Origin: a virus
Taxonomy: Duplodnaviria > Caudoviricetes
DNA: 64,000 nucleotides
Direction: 5' to 3' (one strand)
IMG/VR virus record: IMGVR_UViG_3300024344_003081
Part shown: in pieces, positions 1 through 8,999 of the stretch
How the letters are laid out: the number at the start of each line of letters is the position of its first letter
How positions within the stretch are numbered: position 1 is the stretch's first letter
Position numbers and translations under genes: made by a program
Notes under the pieces: model-generated
Databases searched by the model: none
The model's input: the letters and a program-made list of their open reading frames with translations, nothing else
Told to the model about the DNA's origin: nothing

Positions 1-152
1 CAGACGAAAATAATATGTTTATAAGAAAAGATACAACTATAGATGATGTTTATAATTGGACTATTGATATTGAAAAAAAGAAAACATCAGTTGATATGAA
101 AAAATTCGATCCTGATAAAATCATTAAAAAATGGACTAAACTATTAAAATGA
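1..152 (+). CDS. 3' end of a gene truncated by the window edge (possibly a glycosyltransferase-like protein)
   Basis: Open frame from base 3 (DENNMFIRK...FDPDKIIKKWTKLLK*) ending at TGA 150-152, overlapping the next ATG; product is a guess from the C-terminal pattern and context. Confidence 0.4.
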   Translation, partial: DENNMFIRKDTTIDDVYNWTIDIEKKKTSVDMKKFDPDKIIKKWTKLLK

Positions 153-781
153 ATTCGCCAAATCCAAAAGATTTAATAAAAGCAGGTGCCCAGTTTGCTT
201 ATCCTGTTCAGTGGAGAAGATGGGAAGTAATTAATGTTTTTGTCACACAATTTAATTGGAAAATAGGTGTTGAAATTGGTGTTAATGAGGGTTTAAATAT
301 TTTTGAAGTAGCAAAAAATAATGAAAAATTAAAAATTTATGGTGTTGATCCATACAAAGTGCAAGAAGAAAATACTTTATATGAAAAAAAGATAGGTGAA
401 GTACAAAAATTTAATAGAAAAAGATATGATAATGATTCTTTAAATATGATTAGAAGAAGAATGTTAAAAGAGTCTCTTAAATATTCAAATCTTAAAATAA
501 TTATAGATACTTCTGTTAATGCTTCAAAACAATTTGATAAAGAATCAATTGATTTTGTTTTTATAGATGGAGATCATAGTTATGAAAGTGTTAAAAGTGA
601 TATAAAATATTGGGAGCCAATAGTAAAAGAAAATGGTTTAATTATGGGTCATGATTATAATTGGGGCGATGTTGCCAGAGCAGTTGGAGAAAATTTTAAT
701 GAAGTTTGGATATTACCTGATAATGTTTGGGTAGCTTCAAAAGTCTGGTTAAGAAATGTTAGAAAAAATTTCAATAGATAA
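149..781 (+). CDS. Class I SAM-dependent methyltransferase (Methyltransf_24-like)
   Basis: Motifs GVEIGVNEG, YGVDPY, FVFIDGDHSYESVKSD, GLIMGHDY. Confidence 0.8.
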   Translation: MNSPNPKDLIKAGAQFAYPVQWRRWEVINVFVTQFNWKIGVEIGVNEGLNIFEVAKNNEKLKIYGVDPYKVQEENTLYEKKIGEVQKFNRKRYDNDSLNMIRRRMLKESLKYSNLKIIIDTSVNASKQFDKESIDFVFIDGDHSYESVKSDIKYWEPIVKENGLIMGHDYNWGDVARAVGENFNEVWILPDNVWVASKVWLRNVRKNFNR

Positions 782-2252
782 GAAAAATGAAGTCTACATG
801 TTGGTTCAAGCAGAACCAGGTATTGAACAGGAAATAAGTGAATATTTTACTTTTTTTATTCCTGGTTATAGATTTATGCCGTCTTACAGAAATAAAATGT
901 GGGATGGTAAAATTAGACTTTTTAATTTAAGATCAAAAGAATTATATATTGGATTATTAGATCATTTACTTAAATTTTCAAAAGAAAGACAATATGAAAT
1001 AGAGTATAAAAGTTTTCCTAAAAGTTTAAATAAATATGATAAAGAGGACTATGAAAGATTTGCCAAAAGTCTTGCATTAACAATTAATGCTAGAGATTAT
1101 CAGATTGATACGTTTTTATACGCTATAAATCATGAAAGGTGCTTACTTCTCTCTCCCACAGCATCTGGCAAATCTTTCATAATTTATCTTCTTTTAAGAT
1201 ATTATCAACAAAAACTTCCAACCTTTAAAGCATTAATAGTAGTTCCCACAACATCTTTAGTCGCACAAATGAAAAGTGATTTTGCTGATTATTCTAAAAC
1301 AGATAATTGGGATGCTTCGGAAAATATTCATCAAATTTATGCAGGTAAAGATCGAGTATCACCTAAACCCATTTATATTTCTACTTGGCAATCTTTATAT
1401 AAAATGACTATTAATTATTATGCTGAATTTGATTTTATTTTAGGTGATGAGGCCCATCTTTTTAAAGCAAAATCACTTACATCAATAATGGAAAAGACAA
1501 CCAAAACGAAATATAAATTTGGAACAACTGGAACTTTAGATGGTACGTTAACACATAAATTGGTATTAGAAGGATTATTTGGAAAGACTTATACAGTAAC
1601 AACTACAAAAGATTTAATAGATAAAAAAACATTATCTCCATTTCAGATTAAGTGTTTAGTTTTACAATATCCTGAAAAATTATGTGAATTAGTTAAATCA
1701 TATAATTATAAAGAAGAACTTAATTGTATTGTTTCAAATGAAGCAAGAAATAGATTCATTAGAAATCTTGCAATAAGTTTAAGCAATAATACTTTAGTAT
1801 TATTTCAAATGGTAGAAAAACATGGAAGAATAATTTATGACCTCATCAAAGAAAAGACAAAAAAAGAAAGAAAAATCTTTTTCGTATACGGGGGGACGGA
1901 AACCTCCGATAGAGAAGATATTCGAAAAATCGTTGAATCTGAATCAGATGCCATCATTGTTGCGAGTTACGGTACCTTTTCTACTGGTATCAATATTACT
2001 AATTTACATAATGTTATTTTTGCTTCTCCTTCTAAGTCAAGGGTAAGAAATTTACAGAGTATAGGAAGAGGTCTTAGAAAAAATGCATCAAAAGAAATAG
2101 CTACATTATATGATATATCTGATGATTTTACCTATAAAAGCTATAAGAACTATACTTTAAAACATTTTGTTGAAAGAATAAAGATTTATAATGAAGAGCA
2201 GTTTGAATATAAAATAATAATTGTACCAATTGGCGCTCCGCAGAAATTTTAG
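756..2252 (+). CDS. uvsW: UvsW SF2 DNA helicase
   Basis: Walker A SPTASGKS, DEAH box, GTTGT, QSIGRGLR, T4-type N-terminus; precedes gp55. Confidence 0.95.
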   Translation: MLEKISIDKKNEVYMLVQAEPGIEQEISEYFTFFIPGYRFMPSYRNKMWDGKIRLFNLRSKELYIGLLDHLLKFSKERQYEIEYKSFPKSLNKYDKEDYERFAKSLALTINARDYQIDTFLYAINHERCLLLSPTASGKSFIIYLLLRYYQQKLPTFKALIVVPTTSLVAQMKSDFADYSKTDNWDASENIHQIYAGKDRVSPKPIYISTWQSLYKMTINYYAEFDFILGDEAHLFKAKSLTSIMEKTTKTKYKFGTTGTLDGTLTHKLVLEGLFGKTYTVTTTKDLIDKKTLSPFQIKCLVLQYPEKLCELVKSYNYKEELNCIVSNEARNRFIRNLAISLSNNTLVLFQMVEKHGRIIYDLIKEKTKKERKIFFVYGGTETSDREDIRKIVESESDAIIVASYGTFSTGINITNLHNVIFASPSKSRVRNLQSIGRGLRKNASKEIATLYDISDDFTYKSYKNYTLKHFVERIKIYNEEQFEYKIIIVPIGAPQKF

Positions 2253-2294
2253 CATTTTTACCGTACGATTAAATATATATAAAATCAATTATAC

Positions 2295-2324
2295 TTGACA
2301 AATAGTAAATGTTTATGTTATCAT
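2295..2324 (+). promoter_or_regulatory. sigma70-type promoter
   Basis: TTGACA(2295)-18 nt-TGn-TATCAT(2319) upstream of gp55. Confidence 0.65.
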
Positions 2325-2358
2325 AGTAGTTCAATTAATAACTTAATGGAGAGCCATT

Positions 2359-2907
2359 ATGGCCAATTATATAAACAATGAAGATTTTCTTAATGCAATG
2401 ATTGTGTATAAAGAAGATATCAAAAAAGCAGAGGAAAAAAATATAGAAATTCCACCTGTTCCAGATTATATAGGAGAATGTTTTTTACTTATAGCGGAAA
2501 GACTTTCTTTTAGACCTAATTTTATAAATTATGCATTTAAAGATGATATGATTTCTGATGGTATAGAAAATTGTCTTCAATATGTTAATAATTTTAATCC
2601 AGAAAAATCAAAAAATCCCTTTGCATATTTTACTCAAATAATTTATTGGGCATTTGTTAGAAGAATACAAAAAGAAAAGAAGAATTTATATATCAAATAT
2701 AAAGAAATGGAAAGAATGTCCTATCTTGAAGATCATATAGAAACGAGTTCGGATGATAATAAGGAATATTTGAGTTTAATAGGATCTGCTGATTCTAGAA
2801 ATATGATATCTCAATTTATAGAAGATTTTGAAGAAAAAAGATTTAAGAAAAGAAAGAAAAAAGAAGACGATACCGTTGTTTCTAATATTGGATCAGTTAG
2901 TATATGA
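2359..2907 (+). CDS. gp55: Late-transcription sigma factor gp55
   Basis: YINNEDF...RPNFINYAFKDDMISDGIENC...NPFAYFTQIIYWAFVRRIQKEKK; synteny with gp47/gp46. Confidence 0.95.
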   Translation: MANYINNEDFLNAMIVYKEDIKKAEEKNIEIPPVPDYIGECFLLIAERLSFRPNFINYAFKDDMISDGIENCLQYVNNFNPEKSKNPFAYFTQIIYWAFVRRIQKEKKNLYIKYKEMERMSYLEDHIETSSDDNKEYLSLIGSADSRNMISQFIEDFEEKRFKKRKKKEDDTVVSNIGSVSI

Positions 2908-3980
2908 AAATAGCATTAATCACAGATACGCATTGGGGAGCAAGAAATGATAATATTGCATTCTCCGATTATTTTAGTAAATTTTACAATAATATCTTTT
3001 TTCCCTATCTAGAAAAGCATGATATTAAGACATGTATTCATTTAGGAGATGTTGTTGATAGAAGAAAATATATTAATTTTAAAACTGCTAATGATTTAAG
3101 AGAAAATTTTGTAGAACGATTATGGAAAATGGGTGTTGATACTCATGTTATAATCGGAAATCATGATATTTTTTATAAAAACACCAATGATATAAATTCT
3201 ATGGAAGAATTGTTTTCTTCATCAGATGGTAAATATGAACCTTGGATTTATGCGAGTCCAAGAGAAGTTGAATTTGATGGTACTAAAATAATGATGATGC
3301 CTTGGATTACTTCTGATAATTATTCAGACTGTGTAAGTGCTATTAAAAAAACTAAAGCACAAATTATGATGGGACATCTTGAAATTAGTGGATTTGAAAT
3401 GCATCGTGGACAAATATGTGATACAGGCTTTACTGCAGAAATGTTTTCTAAATTTGATCTAGTTTATAGTGGACATTTTCATCATAAGTCTACACAAGGA
3501 AGTATTACATATCTTGGTAATCCTTATGAAATAACTTGGTCTGATTATCAAGATGCAAGAGGTTTTCATATATTTGATACTAAAACAAGAGAATTACAGT
3601 TTATTCAAAATCCGTATAATATGTTTCATAAAATTTATTATGATGATACCAAAGAAACATTCGAAACAATTAAAGAAAAAGATTATGAACAATATGCAGG
3701 ATCTATTGTTAAAATTATAGTTGTACAAAAACAAAATCCATATTGGTTTGACACAATGTTGGATGAATTATATAAAGTTGATATAGTGGATATATCAGTT
3801 ATAGAAAATATTGATCTTGAATTTGAAGATGATGATACAGTTGTGGATGAAGCTGAAGACACCCTTACAATTTTGAGTAATTATATAGATACATTAAATA
3901 TACAAAAAGATAAAAAAGAACTTGACACTTTAATAAGGACATTATACAATGAAGCAATCGACTATCAAATCTCAGCTTAG
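2904..3980 (+). CDS. gp47: Recombination endonuclease subunit gp47 (Mre11/SbcD-like)
   Basis: Metallophosphoesterase motifs DTHWG, GDVVD, GNHD, GHFH. Confidence 0.95.
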   Translation: MKIALITDTHWGARNDNIAFSDYFSKFYNNIFFPYLEKHDIKTCIHLGDVVDRRKYINFKTANDLRENFVERLWKMGVDTHVIIGNHDIFYKNTNDINSMEELFSSSDGKYEPWIYASPREVEFDGTKIMMMPWITSDNYSDCVSAIKKTKAQIMMGHLEISGFEMHRGQICDTGFTAEMFSKFDLVYSGHFHHKSTQGSITYLGNPYEITWSDYQDARGFHIFDTKTRELQFIQNPYNMFHKIYYDDTKETFETIKEKDYEQYAGSIVKIIVVQKQNPYWFDTMLDELYKVDIVDISVIENIDLEFEDDDTVVDEAEDTLTILSNYIDTLNIQKDKKELDTLIRTLYNEAIDYQISA

Positions 3981-4140
3981 AGAACTTGAATTAAATTTAC
4001 CAGATGAAATAATAGTAAAATTAGCATTAGATGCACATAAAAGAGATGTATCTTTAAATTCTCACATTATTGATATTTTGAAAAAAGAAACAAAAAATAA
4101 CGCATTTGATGGATCACCTCAATTACTTACTGAAAATTAA
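3949..4140 (+). CDS. Small ribbon-helix-helix (Arc-like) DNA-binding protein
   Basis: LELNLPDEIIVKLALDAHKRDVSLNSHIIDIL fits the RHH pattern. Confidence 0.55.
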   Translation: MKQSTIKSQLRELELNLPDEIIVKLALDAHKRDVSLNSHIIDILKKETKNNAFDGSPQLLTEN

Positions 4141-4291
4141 ACTTGATGAATTGTCTGTCTTAGAAGAAGAATATATTAAAACATATAGACACAAATATCA
4201 AAACAACAGAGACATAGCATACGCTAGGATTCTGGCTTGCCAAAAAGAAATAATAGAAATATTGAAATCAAATTATGATAAATTTTCATAA
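4106..4291 (+). CDS. Hypothetical protein
   Basis: 61-aa ORF coupled to gp46. Confidence 0.5.
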   Translation: MMDHLNYLLKIKLDELSVLEEEYIKTYRHKYQNNRDIAYARILACQKEIIEILKSNYDKFS

Positions 4292-5987
4292 GATCAGATG
4301 GAAAAACGTTCTTTCCACTGGTCAAAATTTTATTGAAATTGATTTAGACAAAAATCCAACAACTTTGATTGTTGGAGAAAATGGGTCTGGTAAATCTACA
4401 ATATTAGATGCTCTTACCTTTAGTCTATTCGGAAAAGCATTTCGTAATATTAATAAATCTCAAATTATCAATTCAATTAATGATAGAAATTGTCTTATTG
4501 AAACAGAATTTTCAATTGGTAATAGACACTATCTTGTACGTAGAGGAATAAAACCAAATCTATTTGAAATTGAAGTTGATGGAGCATTAATAAATCAAGA
4601 TGCAAAAGTAAGAGATTATCAAGAACATCTTGAAAAAAATATTCTTAAATTAAATTATAAATCTTTTACTCAAATTGTTGTTCTTGGTAGTTCGTCTTTT
4701 GTTCCTTTTATGCAACTCAAATCAAATGATCGTAGAATTATTATTGAAGATTTGCTCGATATTCAAATATTTTCTACAATGAATTTTATATTGAAAAGCA
4801 AAGTTTCTAATTTAAAAGAAGAACAATATCAAAATGAATTAAATTTATCAAAAGCTGAAACTGCTTTAGAATTACAAGAAGATTTTATTTCGAAAATGAA
4901 AAAAAGCAATAAACAATTAATTGCTAGTAATCAAAAAAAAATTAAAGATTCTCATAAACAAATAGAAAAATATAATTCTCTTGTTGCAACTTGTGATAAA
5001 GAAATAGCAACTCTTCAGAAACTTGTTAATGATTTTGATAAAGAACAAAAGAAACATCAAAAATTAGAACTATATCAGAATGAAATTGAAAAAAATGTAA
5101 AGAAACTTGAAAAAGAAATTGAATTTTACAATGAAAATACAGATTGTCCAACATGTAAACAAACAATTGATGATGAACATAGAAATTGCGAAATTCATTC
5201 AAAAGAAGAGAAAAAAGTAGAATTAAGTGAAGCAATTAGTAAAATAGGGAGTGATATTAAAGAATCACTTTTCGTTATTTCTGAAATGCAAACAACCCAA
5301 GAAAATATTACTGAAATTCAAAGTACTGTAACAAAACATAATGTTTCGATATCTGCAATTAATCAATATATTGAAAAAATAAATGAGGAAGTAAATCAAT
5401 TAAATGAAAATGATGTAGATGTTTCAGATGCTTCTGCAAAATTAAAAAAAATAAAATCAGAACAAAAAGATTTTTTAACATTAAAAGAACAGCATAGTAA
5501 TACACAATCTATATATGATACTGCAAGTGTTTTATTGAAAGATGGGGGCATTAAAACTTTGATTGTCAAAAAATATCTTCCAATTATGAATAAATTGATT
5601 AATAAGTATTTGGCAAATATGGACTTTTATGTTTCATTTAATCTTGATGAAAATTTTAATGAGACAATTAAATCTAGATTTCGTGATGAATTTACTTATG
5701 CTTCTTTTAGTGAAGGAGAAAAGATGCGTATTGATTTAGCTTTGCTTTTTACGTGGAGAGCAATTGCTAAGTTGAAAAATAGTATGAGTACTAATTTACT
5801 TATACTAGACGAAGTATTTGACAGTTCGCTTGATGAAGATGGAACAAGTGATTTTCTTAAAATAATACATTCTCTTGGTAGTGCATCAAATGTGTTTGTG
5901 ATAAGTCATAAGGGAGAAATACTTTATGATAAATTCAAACACATGATTAAATTTGAGAAAATTAAAAATTTTAGTAGGATAGTGTAA
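4275..5987 (+). CDS. gp46: Recombination ATPase subunit gp46 (Rad50/SbcC-like)
   Basis: GENGSGKST, zinc hook CPTC, FSEGEK signature, LILDEVFD. Confidence 0.95.
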   Translation: MINFHKIRWKNVLSTGQNFIEIDLDKNPTTLIVGENGSGKSTILDALTFSLFGKAFRNINKSQIINSINDRNCLIETEFSIGNRHYLVRRGIKPNLFEIEVDGALINQDAKVRDYQEHLEKNILKLNYKSFTQIVVLGSSSFVPFMQLKSNDRRIIIEDLLDIQIFSTMNFILKSKVSNLKEEQYQNELNLSKAETALELQEDFISKMKKSNKQLIASNQKKIKDSHKQIEKYNSLVATCDKEIATLQKLVNDFDKEQKKHQKLELYQNEIEKNVKKLEKEIEFYNENTDCPTCKQTIDDEHRNCEIHSKEEKKVELSEAISKIGSDIKESLFVISEMQTTQENITEIQSTVTKHNVSISAINQYIEKINEEVNQLNENDVDVSDASAKLKKIKSEQKDFLTLKEQHSNTQSIYDTASVLLKDGGIKTLIVKKYLPIMNKLINKYLANMDFYVSFNLDENFNETIKSRFRDEFTYASFSEGEKMRIDLALLFTWRAIAKLKNSMSTNLLILDEVFDSSLDEDGTSDFLKIIHSLGSASNVFVISHKGEILYDKFKHMIKFEKIKNFSRIV

Positions 5988-6535
5988 TGATTTTAGACCT
6001 CGTAGATGGAGTACATCCTTTAATAGAAACTAAATTAGACGAATTTGATTTCGATTCTAATAAAACAACATATTTTGATGATGAAAAAGTATTACATACA
6101 TTGAATGCTCACGAATTAGAACAAATACTTCTAGAAAACATGGTTCATCATGAAGGATTGGGTATTTCTTCTAATCAAATAGGGATTAATTGCAGAGCAT
6201 TTGCAATGTTACATGAAGGCGAGCCTTTGATTATGATTAATCCTAAAGTTATACAAGCAACAGAAGAAGAAGTTTTGATGAAAGAAGGATGTCTTACATG
6301 GTTTGGTTTATTTCCTAATGTAAAAAGACCTAGTGGTGTTTCTATTAATTGGAAAGATAGAGATGGTGAAGATTATAATGGAAATTTTATCGGCCTTTCT
6401 GCAAGAATTATTTTGCATGAATATGATCATTTGAATGGCTATACTTTTTTTGATAGAACAAGTACATATCATATGCAACAAGCAAGAAAGAAAAGAAAAC
6501 TATTTTTAAGGAAGGTGAAAAATGGCAAAATATAA
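5987..6535 (+). CDS. def: Peptide deformylase
   Basis: GLGISSNQIG, EGCL, HEYDHLNG motifs. Confidence 0.9.
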   Translation: MILDLVDGVHPLIETKLDEFDFDSNKTTYFDDEKVLHTLNAHELEQILLENMVHHEGLGISSNQIGINCRAFAMLHEGEPLIMINPKVIQATEEEVLMKEGCLTWFGLFPNVKRPSGVSINWKDRDGEDYNGNFIGLSARIILHEYDHLNGYTFFDRTSTYHMQQARKKRKLFLRKVKNGKI

Positions 6536-6650
6536 ATTATTAGTTGAAGATGTTGGAGATTATTCTGAAGATAATTTGTTAAAATTATTCTATCTTGTTA
6601 TTAAGCACAGATTTGGACATTTTTTAAAGGGCGAAGGTTTTCGTGATTGA
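6522..6650 (+). CDS. Small hypothetical protein (42 aa, missing from ORF track)
   Basis: AAGGTG RBS then ATG; MAKYKLLVEDVGDYSEDNLLKLFYLVIKHRFGHFLKGEGFRD*; fills the gap exactly. Confidence 0.6.
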   Translation: MAKYKLLVEDVGDYSEDNLLKLFYLVIKHRFGHFLKGEGFRD

Positions 6651-7485
6651 TAAAATTATCACGAATATTATTGATCAAGAAGCACCTGATCAAACAGTTG
6701 CAGTATTGATGTCTGGAGGAACAGATAGTCTAACAGTTGCCGCGGCCGCTCATAGATTGAATAAAAAATTAAATTGCTATACATTTAGAGTTGATGGAAA
6801 AGATTCTGATGATAGCATATATGCAGAAAAAGCATGTAAGCATTTTGGTTGGAATTTTAAACTTATAGATGTTCCAGTTGACAATATTGAAAATGATTTT
6901 TTTACTTTGATTAAAACATATGAATGTAAAAAGAAAACTCATGTAGAATGTACATTTCCTTTTTTATATGTTTATCCTCATATAAAAGAGAAATATATCT
7001 TAACTGGTTGGGCCGCTGATGGTTATTATGGGGTGAGCAAAAAAGCAAATATACATTTCAAACACACCAAAGAATTGATGGATGAATTCAGACGGGATTA
7101 CTTTGGTAAATTAGATGAGACTACACAAAAATTTATTCCAGGAAATCCTGTAGGAGTGAAACAACAAATGTTGTTGGCAGAATCAATAGATTCTATTTTA
7201 GTTGCTCCATACATTGATAAGACGGTCTGGGACTGGATGATACAGTATGATTGGGATTTTTTCAATAAACCATATCAGAAAGCTCCGCTATTTGATGCAT
7301 TTCCCGAATTGCTTGAAATAAAGAGAAGAAATCATCTGAATTTACAGTTAGCCGCAGGAATACCAAATTATTTTGAGAAATTGCTTGACAATAAGGAAAT
7401 TAATATCTATAATAGAAGCAGAATAATGGATTTAGTCAGAGATTGGAAAACTACAACTACAAATATAGAGGAATTTTTTGTATGA
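6643..7485 (+). CDS. Asparagine-synthase-like PP-loop ATP pyrophosphatase (synthetase domain only)
   Basis: VLMSGGTDS PP-loop; LTGWAADGYYG resembles the LSGEGADELFG motif of AsnB; no glutaminase domain. Confidence 0.75.
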   Translation: MIDKIITNIIDQEAPDQTVAVLMSGGTDSLTVAAAAHRLNKKLNCYTFRVDGKDSDDSIYAEKACKHFGWNFKLIDVPVDNIENDFFTLIKTYECKKKTHVECTFPFLYVYPHIKEKYILTGWAADGYYGVSKKANIHFKHTKELMDEFRRDYFGKLDETTQKFIPGNPVGVKQQMLLAESIDSILVAPYIDKTVWDWMIQYDWDFFNKPYQKAPLFDAFPELLEIKRRNHLNLQLAAGIPNYFEKLLDNKEINIYNRSRIMDLVRDWKTTTTNIEEFFV

Positions 7486-8705
7486 GTTATCAAAAATATT
7501 ATGTAAAAGATGTTAAAGAAAAATCATCTGAAAAACTATTTAATGTTATTAGTTGTTTTGCTGGTGGTGGAGGAAGTTCTACTGGATATAGACTCGCTGG
7601 AGCAAATATTCTTTTAATTAATGAATTTGTTGAAGAAGCAATTTCAACATATCAAGCAAATTTTCCAGATACAAACGTTTTAGTTGATGATATTAAAAAA
7701 TATACATCAGATGATTTTTTAGAAATGGCAGGAATTAAAGTTGGAGAATTAGATTTACTTGATGGTTCTCCTCCATGTTCTGCATTTTCACTTGCAGGTA
7801 AGAGAAATAAAGGATGGGAAGGTTATGTAGAAGATACAAGAGAATCTTCTATTGATCTTGAAACTGGTGAAGTTGTGCAGACAGGAGAATTAAAGAAAAA
7901 AGATGGAATAAAGAAATATTCTGAAGATAAAATTCAAGAAAGTATTGAAGATTTGTTTTTAGAATATATAAGAATTGCTAAGGGAATTCAACCAAAAGTT
8001 ATCGTAGCAGAAAATGTTAAAGGAATAACTTTTGGAGAATCTAAGAAAAAACTTTTAGAATTTATTAATGATTTTGAACGAATAGGTTATGAAGTTTCGT
8101 ATCAAGTTATGAATGCGGCTGATTTTGGAACACCTCAAGGAAGAGAAAGAACTATTTTTATTTGTGTTCGAAAAGATGTTGCAGAAACGATAGGTCTTAA
8201 TTTTATGAATATAAGTGGTATTTTTCCTACTAAAACTGTAACTAAACACGTTACAATGAGAGAGGCTTTTGAAGATATTGAAAATGATCCCGAAGAAATT
8301 AAAATGCTGACAGAGTTTGTCGAAGGTTCTTTTCAAAAAAAATTTTTAAGTTTTCTTCCATTTAATCCAGAAAAACCGATTAAACCCTCAGATAAACAAT
8401 TTCGTGAATTTAATCCTAAAGGATCATGTTTTAATATGATTCGACCAGCACCCGATCTTCCTTCTCCTACTTTGACTCAACAAGGTCAGAAGAAAGGATT
8501 GTCTGGTGTTTTTCATTATGCTGAAAATCGCAAACCGACCATTGTTGAATTTAAAAGACTTATGGGTATGCCAGAAGATTTTATTTTGACAGGTGATTTT
8601 GATCAACAAGCAGAAAGATTAGGAAGAATGGTCGCTCCAAAAATGATGAAAGAAATCGCAAATAGTATATACAAAAATGTACTAGAACCCTTTAATAAAA
8701 AATAA
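7482..8705 (+). CDS. DNA cytosine-C5 methyltransferase
   Basis: FAGGGG (motif I), GSPPCSAFS (IV), ENV (VI), QGRERTIF (VIII), GRMV (X); ATG at 7482 overlaps the upstream stop. Confidence 0.92.
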   Translation: MSYQKYYVKDVKEKSSEKLFNVISCFAGGGGSSTGYRLAGANILLINEFVEEAISTYQANFPDTNVLVDDIKKYTSDDFLEMAGIKVGELDLLDGSPPCSAFSLAGKRNKGWEGYVEDTRESSIDLETGEVVQTGELKKKDGIKKYSEDKIQESIEDLFLEYIRIAKGIQPKVIVAENVKGITFGESKKKLLEFINDFERIGYEVSYQVMNAADFGTPQGRERTIFICVRKDVAETIGLNFMNISGIFPTKTVTKHVTMREAFEDIENDPEEIKMLTEFVEGSFQKKFLSFLPFNPEKPIKPSDKQFREFNPKGSCFNMIRPAPDLPSPTLTQQGQKKGLSGVFHYAENRKPTIVEFKRLMGMPEDFILTGDFDQQAERLGRMVAPKMMKEIANSIYKNVLEPFNKK

Positions 8706-8707
8706 TT

Positions 8708-8920
8708 ATGAAAGCTGATATCAAAAAACAAGTAAAAGAAAAACTTGCAAAATATAATATGAAATATGCCGCTATGGACTGGGACTATAAGTGGTTTTGC
8801 TTTGAAAAGAAGCCGAAATGTGTCGATGATACATGGGATGTCAAAGATGGACATTATATGAGAATTCATACTCTTCCTACTGAAGGTTTTGACTGGAGAG
8901 ATTCATTAGTCCAAAAATAA
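8708..8920 (+). CDS. Hypothetical protein
   Basis: 70-aa ORF; its segment RIHTLPTEGFDWRDSLVQ resembles 50611-50859. Confidence 0.6.
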   Translation: MKADIKKQVKEKLAKYNMKYAAMDWDYKWFCFEKKPKCVDDTWDVKDGHYMRIHTLPTEGFDWRDSLVQK

Positions 8921-8932
8921 CCAAGAATTGTC

Positions 8933-8961
8933 TTGACAGTATTTCCAGATATTGATACCAT
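8933..8961 (+). promoter_or_regulatory. sigma70-type promoter
   Basis: TTGACA(8933)-17 nt-TACCAT(8956) with TGn. Confidence 0.65.
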
Positions 8962-8999
8962 ATAAGTGAAGGTTAAAAACTAATCAAAAAGGATATCTT

